A stretch of DNA of 64,000 nucleotides from an uncultured Acidimicrobiales bacterium (GCA_963811775.1 CAWESO010000019.1:122819-186818); one strand, 5' to 3'; positions 18,765-28,913 are shown, counted from the first letter of the stretch. Translations and numbers: made by a program. Notes: generated from the letters alone by a model not told the origin.

Positions 18765-21583
18765 CCCCCCGGGTGACGCCGGTCGACGTGCAGCCGTCCC
18801 GGGCGGCCCCCCCGCACATGGCCGCGGCCGTCGAGACGACCGCTGATCCCGACAGCCCTTCTCTCGAGTCCCCGGTAGCGGGGCCCGGGGCACGCGTTGT
18901 CCACGAGCCCGCGCCGCGGGAACCTGGCTCTGTCGTCACCGGGGACACGTCACCGGACTCCGGGGTCGAGCTGGCCACGTTCTTGGACCTCTCGGCTCAG
19001 ATGTTCTGCGTCATCGATTTCACGAGCGCCCTGGTGTGGTGGAACGCGGCGTTCGAGCGGACGCTCGGCTACGGGCCCGACGAGCTGCTCCACGTGCGCC
19101 TCGACGACCTCGTGCATCCCGACGACCGGGAGACGTACCAAGCCACCGAGGCGACGTTGGCCGAGAACGGCGAGGCCGGCTTCGCCCAGGTCCGGTTCCT
19201 CACCCGGCATGGAGAGTGGCGCTGGCTCGAGTGGACCACGCGGGTCGACTTCGAGCGCCAGCGCGCCTACGGAGCCGCACGCGACATCACCGGCCGACGT
19301 CAGGACGAGATCGCGCTGCAAAAGAGCGAGGCGCGCCTGCGTGCCATCCTGCAGTACTCGTCGGCGGTGGTCTTCGTGAAGGACCTCGACGGGCGGTACC
19401 TCCTCGTCAACGACGAGTTCGCCCGCGCCACGGGGGTCCCGGTCGAACGCGCCGTGGGAATGACTGCGGCAGAGTGCTGGTCCGAGGACCTCGCCGTCGC
19501 CACCGAGCGCGACGCCCAGGTGCTGCGGGACGGGGACTCCTTCGTCAGCAGCGAGTTGATGCACACGGTCGACGGTGTGCGGGAGTTCATGGTGAGCAGG
19601 TTCCTGCTCCGCGACGGGGACGGGTCTCCGTACGCCATCGGGGGGATCGCCGCCGACATCACCGAGCGTCGCGGGGCCGAGAAGGCCTTGGCCGAACGGG
19701 ACCAGTTGCTCGGCTCGGTCATCGGGGCCAGCCCCGACATGATCACCCTGCTGGACCGCGCCGGGAAGATCCATCAGATCAGCGAGGCCCGGAACGCCCT
19801 GTTCGGCCATCGCCACGAGGTCTTCACCCGCTCCGAGGTGTTCGACTTCGTGCACCCCGACGACCGCGACGACTTCGCCTCGCTCTTCGTCCGCATGGTG
19901 ACCGGCGCGGTGTCACACCTGGACCTCCGATACCGGGCTCGCCATGCGGACGGTCATTGGGTCACGGTCGACTCCCGGGCACAGGCCGTCCTCGATGGCG
20001 AGGGCCACTTCGCCGGGGCAGTGGTCGTGTCGCGTGACATCACGGACAAGCTGGAGTCCGAGCAACGGCTGCAGGTGACCCGTGATGCGGCCGAAAAGGC
20101 CAGCAAGGCCAAGAGTGACTTCCTGTCGCGCATGAGCCACGAACTGCGCACGCCCCTCAACTCGATCCTCGGGTTCGCCCAGCTCCTGCAGATGGACGAC
20201 ATTCCCGCCCAGCAGGCTGACGCCGTCGACCACATTCTCCGAGCCGGTCGTCACCTTCTCGACCTCATCGACGAAGTGCTCGACATCGCGCGTATCGAGT
20301 CCGGTTATCTCGAGCTGACGCTGACTCCGGTGCGCGTGGACGAGATCGTCGCGGAGGCGCTGGAGCTCACGAATCCCATGGCGGCACGAGCCGAGGTGGT
20401 CATGCGCTCGTCGGTGGACCCCCGGCATGGGCAGGTCGTCGTCGCCGACCGGCAGCGCCTGATGCAGGTCCTGCTCAACTTGTTGTCGAACGCCGTGAAG
20501 TACAACCGACCGGGCGGACGGGTGGACGTGGCCTGCGATGCGGGACCGCGGGGGCGGCTCCACCTCGCTGTGGCCGACACCGGCCGCGGCATCCGGTTCG
20601 AGGATCTCGACCGGGTGTTCGTGCCGTTCGACCGCCTCGGCATGGAGCAGACCGGTATCGAGGGGACCGGGGTGGGGTTGGCGCTCTCGCAGCACCTGTG
20701 TGAGCGCATGGGTGGGGAGCTCACCGTGGAGTCGGTTGCCGAGGTGGGGAGCACCTTCGTCGTCGAGCTTCCCGAGGCCGGTCCGGTCGTGACCGAGGTC
20801 GACACCACCGGGATGGCCCCGGGAACGCTCGTCTCCGGGGCGGGTCCCGGGCAAGGTCTCGCTTCAGGCCCAGGGCAGGGTGCCGATGCCCGGTCCGGTC
20901 CGGGCTCTGAAGTCGTTTCGGCCCCGACCCGGCACGACGTCTCCGCAGACCGCGACGCACGAGAGACGGAGGGTGGGGCAGGCGCGCCTGGTGCTGAGCC
21001 GGGGCCGGCGCAGGCGCCGGTGCTGGCGTCGGTATGGGCGTCGGAGGAGGCGCCCGACGAGGCGCCGACGCCGGACCTGGAGCAGGGACGTGGACAGAAC
21101 CAGGGGCGCGAGGACGAGCCCGACGGACAGCGGGCGCTGACGCCGCCGCCGTCACCTGTACGCGGTCCAGGGTCCGACACCGCGGGGTCGTCGGGGCCGA
21201 GTCGTGCCTTCCGGGTGCTTCTGGTCGAGAACAACCTCACCACGCTCGACCTCGTCGAGCGTGTGCTCTCGCGCCGGCCGGGAACAGACGTCCTGGCCGC
21301 GATGCAGGGCGGGCTCGGGGTGGACCTCGCCCGGGAACATGTCCCCGATGTGATCCTGCTCGATCTCTCTCTGCCCGACATGACCGGGAACATCGTTCTC
21401 GACCGCCTGTCGGAGGAACCGGCGACAGCCGACATCCCCGTGGCCGTGATCGGGGCCGACGTCCCGCCCCAGCAGGTGCGTCAGCTGCTCGGGCGCGGTG
21501 TCATCGGCTTCCTGGCCAAGCCGCTCGACGTCCGCGGCCTGCTGGCACTCGTCGATGCCGTGCGCGCCGCCCGCGGGTCCTGA
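18761..21583 (+). CDS. Hybrid sensor histidine kinase, tandem paralogue (PAS x3 - HisKA - HATPase_c - ~150-aa disordered linker - REC)
   Basis: 3' part of ORF 17969..21583. The GTG at 18761 overlaps the TGA of the upstream kinase (GTGA); an alternative ATG lies at 18818. H-box SHELRTPLNSILGF; REC with VILLDLSLPDMTG. Confidence 0.9.
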   Translation: MTPRVTPVDVQPSRAAPPHMAAAVETTADPDSPSLESPVAGPGARVVHEPAPREPGSVVTGDTSPDSGVELATFLDLSAQMFCVIDFTSALVWWNAAFERTLGYGPDELLHVRLDDLVHPDDRETYQATEATLAENGEAGFAQVRFLTRHGEWRWLEWTTRVDFERQRAYGAARDITGRRQDEIALQKSEARLRAILQYSSAVVFVKDLDGRYLLVNDEFARATGVPVERAVGMTAAECWSEDLAVATERDAQVLRDGDSFVSSELMHTVDGVREFMVSRFLLRDGDGSPYAIGGIAADITERRGAEKALAERDQLLGSVIGASPDMITLLDRAGKIHQISEARNALFGHRHEVFTRSEVFDFVHPDDRDDFASLFVRMVTGAVSHLDLRYRARHADGHWVTVDSRAQAVLDGEGHFAGAVVVSRDITDKLESEQRLQVTRDAAEKASKAKSDFLSRMSHELRTPLNSILGFAQLLQMDDIPAQQADAVDHILRAGRHLLDLIDEVLDIARIESGYLELTLTPVRVDEIVAEALELTNPMAARAEVVMRSSVDPRHGQVVVADRQRLMQVLLNLLSNAVKYNRPGGRVDVACDAGPRGRLHLAVADTGRGIRFEDLDRVFVPFDRLGMEQTGIEGTGVGLALSQHLCERMGGELTVESVAEVGSTFVVELPEAGPVVTEVDTTGMAPGTLVSGAGPGQGLASGPGQGADARSGPGSEVVSAPTRHDVSADRDARETEGGAGAPGAEPGPAQAPVLASVWASEEAPDEAPTPDLEQGRGQNQGREDEPDGQRALTPPPSPVRGPGSDTAGSSGPSRAFRVLLVENNLTTLDLVERVLSRRPGTDVLAAMQGGLGVDLAREHVPDVILLDLSLPDMTGNIVLDRLSEEPATADIPVAVIGADVPPQQVRQLLGRGVIGFLAKPLDVRGLLALVDAVRAARGS

Positions 21584-21688
21584 GCCTCGCCGGCTGAGCC
21601 ACACCGGCTGACCCTGACTGCCTGACCCACGTCTGAGCCTGCTCCTGCGCATGGCGCCCCGGCGCCGTGCCGGATCCAAAGGGGCGGA

Positions 21689-23239
21689 TCAGATGGCCCG
21701 CTCCTGTCCTTCCCAGTACGGGTCCCGCAGCTTGCGCTTGTAGAGCTTGCCGTTGGGGTCGCGGGGCATGTCGCCGGTGAAGTCGATCGTCTTCGGCGTC
21801 TTGAACTTGGCCAGCCGGCCTTCGCACCAGCCCAGGATCTCGGCCTCGAGCTCCGGCGAGCCGACCACGCCGTCGACGGGCTGGATGACCGCCTTCACCT
21901 CCTCGCCCCAGTCGTCGTGGGGGATGCCGAACACCGCCGCGTCGACCACCTTTGGATGCCCGAGCAGGACGCTCTCGATCTCGGCAGGGTAGATGTTGGC
22001 CCCTCCGGAGATGATCATGTCCGTCTTGCGGTCACGCAGGAAGAGGAACCCGTCGTCGTCGACGTAGCCGACGTCGCCGACGGTGAAGAACTTGCCGATC
22101 CGGTTCTTCTGGGTCTTGTCCTTGTCCCCGTGGTACTCGAAGTCCGCCGACCCCATGGCCATGTACACGGTCCCGATCTGGTTGGCCTCGAGCCGGTTCT
22201 CCTCGTCGTCGAAGATGGCGATCTCCGAGATCGGCCACGGCTTGCCCACCGTCCCGGGCTTGGTCAGCCATTCCTCGGTGGTGACGATGGTGCCGCCGCC
22301 CTCGGATGCGGCGTAGTACTCGTCGATGACCGGGCCCCACCACTCGATCATGGCGTACTTGGTGTCGACCGGGCACGGAGCCGCGGCGTGGATCATGTGC
22401 CGCAGCGACGACAGGTCGTACTTGTGGCGGACATCGTCGGGGAGCGCCAGGAGCCGGTGGAACTGGGTGGGCACCATGTGCGAATGGGTGACCCGGTAGC
22501 GCTCGATGAGCTCGAGCATGCCCTCGGCGCTCCACTTGTCCATGAGCACCACGGTGTGGCCCATGTGGATGGCCGCGCCCGAGAAGCGCAGCACCGCCGT
22601 GTGATAGAGCGGCGAGCCTACGATGTGGACGTTGTCGTCGCGGGGGTTGATGCCGAAGAGCAACAGGATCCCGGCCAGGGCGATGGCCATCTCGTCGGGG
22701 TCGGCGCCCGACAGGGTGCGGCGCACGCCCTTGGGGTTCCCGGTCGTGCCCGAGGTGTAGTTCATCGTGTCGCCCAGGCTGCGGTCGTCGGGCCGGTCCG
22801 TCTTCTGGTTGTCGCGCAGCTGGGCGTACGACGCGAAGCCCGGGATGTCGCCGACGGCCAGGCAGCGTGACGCGGGGATCTCGGCCTCTTCGGCCGCATC
22901 GCCACAGATGTCCGCGAAGCGCTCGTGGCCGATGAAGACCTGGGCACCCGAGTCCTTCAGGATGTAGGCGATCTCGGGCGCCACCAGGTGGTGGTTGATG
23001 GGCACGATGTACCACCCCGCCTGCATGGCGGCGAGGTAGATCTCGAACACCTCCGCGCTATTGGGCAGCACGAAGGCGATGGTGTCTCCCTTTCTGAGTC
23101 CAAGCATGCGCATGGCGTGCACGACCTGGTTGGCGCGACCCAGAAGCTCGCCGGCCTTGAGCTCGGTGCCGTCGGGGGCCACCAGGGCCAGGTGCCCGGG
23201 TTCCTCCTCCGCCATGGCCCAGAATCCGAAGTCGGTCAT
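21689..23239 (-). CDS. AMP-dependent acyl-CoA synthetase/ligase
   Basis: ORF track, 516 aa. Contains YTSGTTGNPKGV, YYAASEGGG, GDVGYVDDDGFLFLRDRKTDMIISGGANIYPAEIE and NGKLYKRKL. Confidence 0.9.
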   Translation of the reverse strand: MTDFGFWAMAEEEPGHLALVAPDGTELKAGELLGRANQVVHAMRMLGLRKGDTIAFVLPNSAEVFEIYLAAMQAGWYIVPINHHLVAPEIAYILKDSGAQVFIGHERFADICGDAAEEAEIPASRCLAVGDIPGFASYAQLRDNQKTDRPDDRSLGDTMNYTSGTTGNPKGVRRTLSGADPDEMAIALAGILLLFGINPRDDNVHIVGSPLYHTAVLRFSGAAIHMGHTVVLMDKWSAEGMLELIERYRVTHSHMVPTQFHRLLALPDDVRHKYDLSSLRHMIHAAAPCPVDTKYAMIEWWGPVIDEYYAASEGGGTIVTTEEWLTKPGTVGKPWPISEIAIFDDEENRLEANQIGTVYMAMGSADFEYHGDKDKTQKNRIGKFFTVGDVGYVDDDGFLFLRDRKTDMIISGGANIYPAEIESVLLGHPKVVDAAVFGIPHDDWGEEVKAVIQPVDGVVGSPELEAEILGWCEGRLAKFKTPKTIDFTGDMPRDPNGKLYKRKLRDPYWEGQERAI

Positions 23240-23385
23240 CCTCGCTCCTCGCTCGGTGCCCCGGTGACCACGAACCGGCGATCAGCCTCCCGGAACGGGG
23301 CCGGCGACCAACCGATGCGCGACCTGGAGCGTGTGCTGTGCCCTGCCGCAGAGCCCGACGTCACGGACGTGGGCCCGCCGCGAGA

Positions 23386-25122
23386 CTAGAACGTGTTCTC
23401 GCCTCGGGCAAGCCGCTCGGTGGCCAGCTTCCGCAGCTCGTCGGCCCGGATCTTGGCGTTCCCGGTCAGGGTGAGCTCCTCCTCGTCGAAGAACAGGACC
23501 CGGCGCGGCAGCTTGTACGACGCCAGTTTGCCGCGCAGGAACTCACGCACGCCGTCCTCGTCGAGGTGCGCGCCGGGCTGGGCCACGGCACACACCACCA
23601 CGATCTCGCCCAGGGTGGGATGCGCCACTCCCACCGCCACCGCGCTGTGCAGGCCCGGATGACGCAACAGCTCGTTGTCGATCTCGACGGGCGAGACGTT
23701 GGCGCCCCCCGTCTTGATCATGTCCGAGCTGCGCCCCACCCAGTGCAGGCGCCCCTCGGCGTCGACGAAGCCCGCGTCGCCGGTGGCGAAGAACCCGTCC
23801 TCGTCGAACACGTCCTCGGGGGCGACCTTGACGTACCCCCTCATGAGGGTGGGCCCCTTGACGCGGATCTCGCCGGGGGAGCCGGCCTCCTGTTCCCGGC
23901 CCGTCTCGGGGTCGACGATGCGGACGACGTTGCCGGGGAGGATCATCCCTTCGTGGCCCTCTCGTAACGCGGCGGGGGTGTCGGCGGGCATGGAGCTGAT
24001 AATGGTGAAGGTCTCGGTGAGCCCGTAGGCGGCGCGCGGGCTGAAGCAGTCGGCGGCGTTGACAGAGGGGTGCCGGCCGATGGTCGTGAACGAGTCGACC
24101 TGGGTCACCGCGGAGAGATCGCGCCGGGCGTAGTCGGGGTGGCTCTCCAACGCGGCGAGCTGATGCGGCCATGCATGGGGGGTCGTCACCCGTTCGGCCT
24201 CGAGCAGCGCCAAGGCGTCGCCCGCCTCGAACAGCTCCTGGAGCACCAGGCAGGCCCCGGCCGCCAGGGTGCCCCCCATCACCATGCAGTAGCCGGCCGT
24301 CCAGAAGAAGGGGAAGGCGCTCCACACCCGGCGAGTGGGGTCGACCCGCAGGTGCTCCACGAAGCGCCAGCTCTGCATGGCGGCGGCCCGCTGCGCGTGA
24401 AGGACGCCCTTGGGCTTTCCCGTCGACCCCGACGTGTAGACGACGAGCGCGTCGTCGTGGGGCGACACCTCGGCGGCGCGCTCGCGGGCCACGCCCTCGT
24501 CGAAGGTCTCGCCGGCGGCCAGGAAGGCGTCGTAGGAGTCCGTTCCCAGGCACGCCCGCGTCGTGAGGTAGGGAAGGCGGTCGCGCATCGACCGAACCTG
24601 CTCGGCGTAGTGGTGGTGCGCCAGGCGCTCTTGGTAGATGAGCACCGACGCGTCCGAGTGGCGCAGGACGTACTCGATCTCGGGCGGCTCGAACAGCGTG
24701 TTCACCGGGACGAGCACCCCGCCCGCCAGGGCGACGCCGAAGGCGGCCTCCACCCACTCGGGACGGTTCCCCATGAGCAGCGCCACCCGGGTGCCCTTGC
24801 CCACGCCGGCCGCGGCCAGGGCCCGGGCGAACCGTCGGGCGCGCCCGCCGAGCTCGGCATAGCTCCACCGCACCACGTCACTGTCCGAGGAGCCAGGACC
24901 GCTGTCGCCGGGACCGCCGTCGGCGGGGCTGCTGTTGCCAGGACCGCCTTCGCCAGGACCGCCGTCGCCGGTGTCTTTCGTGGGAGAGCCGCTGCCGCCG
25001 GGGTGGAAGCACAGCGCCTCGCGCCGGGCGTGCCGCTCGACGGTCTCGATCAGGAGCCCGCCCATGGTGAGCGTGCCGATGCCGGGCTCGGTGTCCGCGG
25101 GCGGTCCTCGGAACAGAGCCAC
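23386..25122 (-). CDS. AMP-dependent acyl-CoA synthetase/ligase with a ~45-aa Gly/Pro/Ser/Asp low-complexity insert near the N-terminus
   Basis: ORF track, 578 aa. Contains YTSGSTGKPKGV, AYGLTETF and GDAGFVDAEGRLHWVGRSSDMIKTGGANVSP. The insert reads GGSGSPTKDTGDGGPGEGGPGNSSPADGGPGDSGPGSSDSD. Confidence 0.9.
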   Translation of the reverse strand: MALFRGPPADTEPGIGTLTMGGLLIETVERHARREALCFHPGGSGSPTKDTGDGGPGEGGPGNSSPADGGPGDSGPGSSDSDVVRWSYAELGGRARRFARALAAAGVGKGTRVALLMGNRPEWVEAAFGVALAGGVLVPVNTLFEPPEIEYVLRHSDASVLIYQERLAHHHYAEQVRSMRDRLPYLTTRACLGTDSYDAFLAAGETFDEGVARERAAEVSPHDDALVVYTSGSTGKPKGVLHAQRAAAMQSWRFVEHLRVDPTRRVWSAFPFFWTAGYCMVMGGTLAAGACLVLQELFEAGDALALLEAERVTTPHAWPHQLAALESHPDYARRDLSAVTQVDSFTTIGRHPSVNAADCFSPRAAYGLTETFTIISSMPADTPAALREGHEGMILPGNVVRIVDPETGREQEAGSPGEIRVKGPTLMRGYVKVAPEDVFDEDGFFATGDAGFVDAEGRLHWVGRSSDMIKTGGANVSPVEIDNELLRHPGLHSAVAVGVAHPTLGEIVVVCAVAQPGAHLDEDGVREFLRGKLASYKLPRRVLFFDEEELTLTGNAKIRADELRKLATERLARGENTF

Positions 25123-25164
25123 AGAAGGTGTCCGGTGCCTGGTGTCCGGCGTTGTCGCCGCGGC

Positions 25165-26331
25165 CTACGCCGGCAGCTCGACCTCCACCGGGCCCTTCGC
25201 CATCACCGACCCGTCCTGGTTGGTCATGGTTACCTCCAAGGTCACGACACCGGCCCCGAGCATCTTGTCGTAGCGGGCATCGGTCACCTCGGCATCGAGG
25301 AGGGTGAGGTCGCCGTCGAAGGCGGGGAAGCGGTACTGCACGGCCGAGTGCCGCACCAGGCCCCGGTCGCCCGCCCACGCCGCCACGTAGTCGAGGACCC
25401 AGGCCCCCATGGACGCGCCGTAGCCGTAGCCGCGCGGCATGCCGATGAGGCGGGCGTGCTCCTCGTCGGTGTGCCCACGCGACGGACCGTGGTAGAGGCC
25501 GTCGGCGAGCTCGGGGTCCTCCTGGGCGCCCTCGAGGTCGCGGTCCATCTCGTCGAGCCAGCCCGCCTCGCTCAGGTGGTCGGCCCCCTCGTGGTACGTC
25601 GAGCCCCACACGGTGAACGTGTAGCCGCGCCACTCCGAGGCCAGGCTCGGGAGCGAGTGCGGCCCGATGGGCCGCGTGAGCAGGCTCTGTCCCACCTCGA
25701 CCGACTCGAGCGTGGGGCTGTCGGCCCCGGCCCGGCTGCGGATCCACTCCCGGCGCTGCGCTTCGATCGCCGCGAGGCGCGCCTCGGTCCACGTCGGCAC
25801 GGGCGCGGCCTGCTCGAAGAAGCCCCGGTCGCGCGCCACGTCGGCTCGGTAGCGCACCGCCGTCGACCACTGCTTGGCCACCCGCTCGCCGCGCTGGTTG
25901 GTGTAGACGGTCTCGCCCCGGCTGAACATGGTCGGCCCGGCGAACTTGGTCTCCGACACCTTGTAGTCGACGAACCGTCTCTTCATGCGCAACAGGTCGC
26001 CGGGGTAGATGCGCGGCCCCGCGAACCACCACTCGTCCCCGCCGAAGATCATGTGGGTGCCGGGGATGTTCCCGACGATGGCCGGTCCCGCCCCGTGCCC
26101 GACGTCGCAGCAGATGGTGAAGGACTGCGGCGCCACGATCCGGCCGAAGGCGCTGGCCGCGGCCACCTCGTCCTCGTAGTGCAGGGGGTTGGGGTACTGC
26201 ATGGCCTGGACCCAGCGGCGGATGTCGGTCACCGTCACCGGCTCTTTCAATTGCCCTCCGCCCACGGGCTTGCCGACATGGCGGTCGACGTCGGAGGTGT
26301 CGAACTCGATGTGCTCGTTGACCTGGGTCAT
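25165..26331 (-). CDS. MaoC-like / FAS1-like double-hotdog (R)-specific enoyl-CoA hydratase
   Basis: ORF 25165..26436, with the start moved to ATG 26331 (MTQVNEHIEFD), which follows AGGAGGG. The N-terminal half shows YPNPLHYEDEVAAASAFGRIVAPQSF. The C-terminal half is a second hotdog fold. Confidence 0.7.
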   Translation of the reverse strand: MTQVNEHIEFDTSDVDRHVGKPVGGGQLKEPVTVTDIRRWVQAMQYPNPLHYEDEVAAASAFGRIVAPQSFTICCDVGHGAGPAIVGNIPGTHMIFGGDEWWFAGPRIYPGDLLRMKRRFVDYKVSETKFAGPTMFSRGETVYTNQRGERVAKQWSTAVRYRADVARDRGFFEQAAPVPTWTEARLAAIEAQRREWIRSRAGADSPTLESVEVGQSLLTRPIGPHSLPSLASEWRGYTFTVWGSTYHEGADHLSEAGWLDEMDRDLEGAQEDPELADGLYHGPSRGHTDEEHARLIGMPRGYGYGASMGAWVLDYVAAWAGDRGLVRHSAVQYRFPAFDGDLTLLDAEVTDARYDKMLGAGVVTLEVTMTNQDGSVMAKGPVEVELPA

Positions 26332-26468
26332 CGTGCCCTCCTGCTCGGCCGAAATTGTGACACAGGCGTCAGGCGGGCGCTCGGCGCCGGCTGGGGTGGG
26401 CTCGGCCCCGCCGACTAACGTCCCGTCAGATTTCACGGTGGCGCCGCCCGAAATCCCAAAAGACAGGC

Positions 26469-27419
26469 ATGAGCGCCACGACAGGCAGGACCGACGAGAC
26501 AGGAGCAGCAGGGCACGTGGCTGGATACCTCGACAACAAGGTGGTCGTGATCACAGGGGCGGGCGGCGGCATCGGCCGGGCCTGCGCCCTGGCGTGCGCA
26601 GCCGAGGGCGCCAAGGTCGTGGTGGCCGACATCGGCGTGGGCCTGGCGGGCGAGGACCCCACCAGCGCCGTCGCCGACGCGGTGGTGAAGGAGATCGAGG
26701 ACGCCGGCGGCGAAGCCGTCGCCGTCGCCCAGGACGTGAGCACGATGGCCGGCGGCGAGCGCATCGTCGACACCGCGGTGGAGCGGTGGGGCCGGATCGA
26801 CGGCGTGGTGGCGGTGGCCGGCATCCTGCGCGAGCGCATGCTGTTCAACATGTCCGAGGACGAGTGGGACGCCGTGATCGCCACCCACCTGAAGGGCCAC
26901 TTCACCGTCTTCCGGCATGCCGCCGCCATCATGCGCAAGCAGGAGTCGGGGTCGCTCATCGGCTTCACGTCGGGCGCGTATGCCGGCAGCGTGGCCCAGG
27001 CCAACTACTCCGCGGCCAAGGGTGGGATCGTGTCCCTCGTGCGCTCGGCCGCGGTCGGCCTCTACCGCTACGGCGTGCGGGCCAACGCCGTGGCTCCGGT
27101 GGCCCGCACCCGCATGTCGGCCAACGTCCCGGTGGAGCTGGCCGAGATGGGCGAGCCCGAGGACGTCGCACCCTTGGTCGTCTACCTGCTGTCGGACGCG
27201 TCCAAAGACGTGACCGGCCAGGTCTACACGGCCGTCGGCGGGCGCATCGCGGTGTGGAACCAGCCCGTGGAGGTGCGGCACATGAGCACCGAGGGCCGCT
27301 GGACGCCGCAGCAGATCGCCGAGCGGTTCGACGAGGTGGGCCAGGAGCGCATGGGCGGCATCGACCGCCTCGAGAAGCTCCGCCAGGCCGCCGCCTCGGG
27401 CGAGAAGCCCAACGCCTGA
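26469..27419 (+). CDS. Short-chain dehydrogenase/reductase (SDR)
   Basis: ORF track, 316 aa. TGAGGGIGRA cofactor motif and YSAAK catalytic motif. Confidence 0.9.
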   Translation: MSATTGRTDETGAAGHVAGYLDNKVVVITGAGGGIGRACALACAAEGAKVVVADIGVGLAGEDPTSAVADAVVKEIEDAGGEAVAVAQDVSTMAGGERIVDTAVERWGRIDGVVAVAGILRERMLFNMSEDEWDAVIATHLKGHFTVFRHAAAIMRKQESGSLIGFTSGAYAGSVAQANYSAAKGGIVSLVRSAAVGLYRYGVRANAVAPVARTRMSANVPVELAEMGEPEDVAPLVVYLLSDASKDVTGQVYTAVGGRIAVWNQPVEVRHMSTEGRWTPQQIAERFDEVGQERMGGIDRLEKLRQAAASGEKPNA

Positions 27420-27543
27420 GCGGCGCAGCCCCACCGGCTCAGTCCCACCGGCGCCCAGACCACCAGTTCGACCTCGCCGGGTCGACAGCACCAGGTCCAC
27501 ACCGACAGATCCACCCGTCACCGACACAGGAGAACGAGGTCCC

Positions 27544-28422
27544 ATGCGGTTCAGCTACGCCGAGTCCATGACCGACCCCGCGTTCTACGCCCCCCTGGCG
27601 CGCGCCGCCGAGGACGCGGGCTACGACACCTTCGTCGTCCCCGACAGCATCGCCTACCCCTTCGAGTCCGACACGACCTACCCGTTCAACCCCGACGGGT
27701 CGCGCCAGTTCCTGGAGGACAAGCCCTTCATCGAGCCCTTCAGCCTCATCCCCGCCCTGGGGGCGGTGACCACCACCTTGCGGTTCGTCACCTTCGTGGT
27801 GAAGCTCCCGATCCGCCATCCGGTCATGGTGGCCAAGCAGGCGGCGTCGGTGGCGGTGCTGACGGGGAACCGCTTCCTCTTCGGCGTGGGGACGAGCCCG
27901 TGGCCCGAGGACTATGAGCTGCTCGATGTCCCCTGGGAGCGCCGGGGCAGGCGCATGGACGAGTGCATCGACGTCATCCGGGGGCTCACCGCGGGCGGGT
28001 TCTTCGAGTACCACGGCTCGGTCTTCGACATCCCGTCGGTGAAGATGGCGCCGGCCCCGTCGGCTCCCGTCCCGATCCTGATCGGGGGGCACGGCGAGGC
28101 CGCCCTGCGCCGCGCCGCGTTCAGGGGGGACGGCTGGATGCACGGCGGGGGCGACCCGGCCGACCTGCCGGGCCTGCTGGCCCGCCTGGGTGAGCTGCGG
28201 GCCGAAGCGGGGCGCGAGGACGACGCTTTCGAGACGCACGTGATCTCCATGGACGCCTTCAGCGTCGACGGCGTGCGCCGCCTCGAGGAGCAGGGCGTGA
28301 CCGACGTCGTGGTGGGATTCCGCTGGCCCTATGTGGTGGGGCCCGACGTCGAGCCCCTGGCCACCAAGATCGACAGCCTGCGGCGCTTCGCCGACACCGT
28401 CATCGCCAAGGTGAAGGCGTAG
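27544..28422 (+). CDS. Luciferase-like (LLM class) flavin/F420-dependent oxidoreductase
   Basis: ORF track, 292 aa. TIM-barrel LLM pattern (DAGYDTFVVPDS..., RFLFGVGTSPWPEDYE, PILIGGHGEAALRRAA). Confidence 0.75.
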   Translation: MRFSYAESMTDPAFYAPLARAAEDAGYDTFVVPDSIAYPFESDTTYPFNPDGSRQFLEDKPFIEPFSLIPALGAVTTTLRFVTFVVKLPIRHPVMVAKQAASVAVLTGNRFLFGVGTSPWPEDYELLDVPWERRGRRMDECIDVIRGLTAGGFFEYHGSVFDIPSVKMAPAPSAPVPILIGGHGEAALRRAAFRGDGWMHGGGDPADLPGLLARLGELRAEAGREDDAFETHVISMDAFSVDGVRRLEEQGVTDVVVGFRWPYVVGPDVEPLATKIDSLRRFADTVIAKVKA

Positions 28423-28475
28423 GTTCTGTTCTCTTCGGGTCCCTTTCGGGACCGCGCGCACGGTTCCGCTCGGTC

Positions 28476-28913
28476 GTGCACACGACCACCAGCACAGGGG
28501 AGGCGACGGCAATGGGCAGGGCACTCGACATGGGCAGGAAGTCGATGGAGATGGCCGAGGCGAAGGACCGCGACGGGTGGCTCGGATTGTTCGCCGACGA
28601 CGCCGTGGTCGAGGACCCGGTCGGGCCGTCGGGTTTCGACCCCGACGGCGCCGGCCAACGGGGCAAGGCGGCTATCACCGCCTTCTACGACAACGTGATC
28701 TCGCAGAGCGAGAGCATCAAGTTCTCGATCCGCCAGTCCATCGAGTGCGGCGACGAGGTGGCCAACATCGGCGAGCTCCTCATCACCCTGCCCGGCAACC
28801 AGGTCGCCACGGTCCAGCTCGTCAACATCTACAAGGTCAATGCCGAGGGGAAGCTGGCGTCGCTGCGCTCCTTCTGGGAAGAGGGCAAGCTCAGTTTCAG
28901 CGACGGCGGCTGA
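28476..28913 (+). CDS. SnoaL-like / NTF2-fold protein (ketosteroid-isomerase-like)
   Basis: ORF track, 145 aa. Contains DGWLGLFADDAVVEDPVG and the size typical of the SnoaL family. Confidence 0.65.
   Translation: MHTTTSTGEATAMGRALDMGRKSMEMAEAKDRDGWLGLFADDAVVEDPVGPSGFDPDGAGQRGKAAITAFYDNVISQSESIKFSIRQSIECGDEVANIGELLITLPGNQVATVQLVNIYKVNAEGKLASLRSFWEEGKLSFSDGG

Noticed and set aside
21584-21688. Rho-independent terminator between the convergent kinase and ligase genes (ggcgccccggcgcc)
   Set aside because: The palindrome leaves only a 2-nt loop and has no flanking U/A tract. It is not a credible hairpin.
24070-26418. 782-aa plus-strand ORF antisense to the acyl-CoA ligase and hydratase genes
   Set aside because: It spans two real genes and their intergenic gap, is Arg/Gly/Ala/Val-rich, and has no domain signatures.
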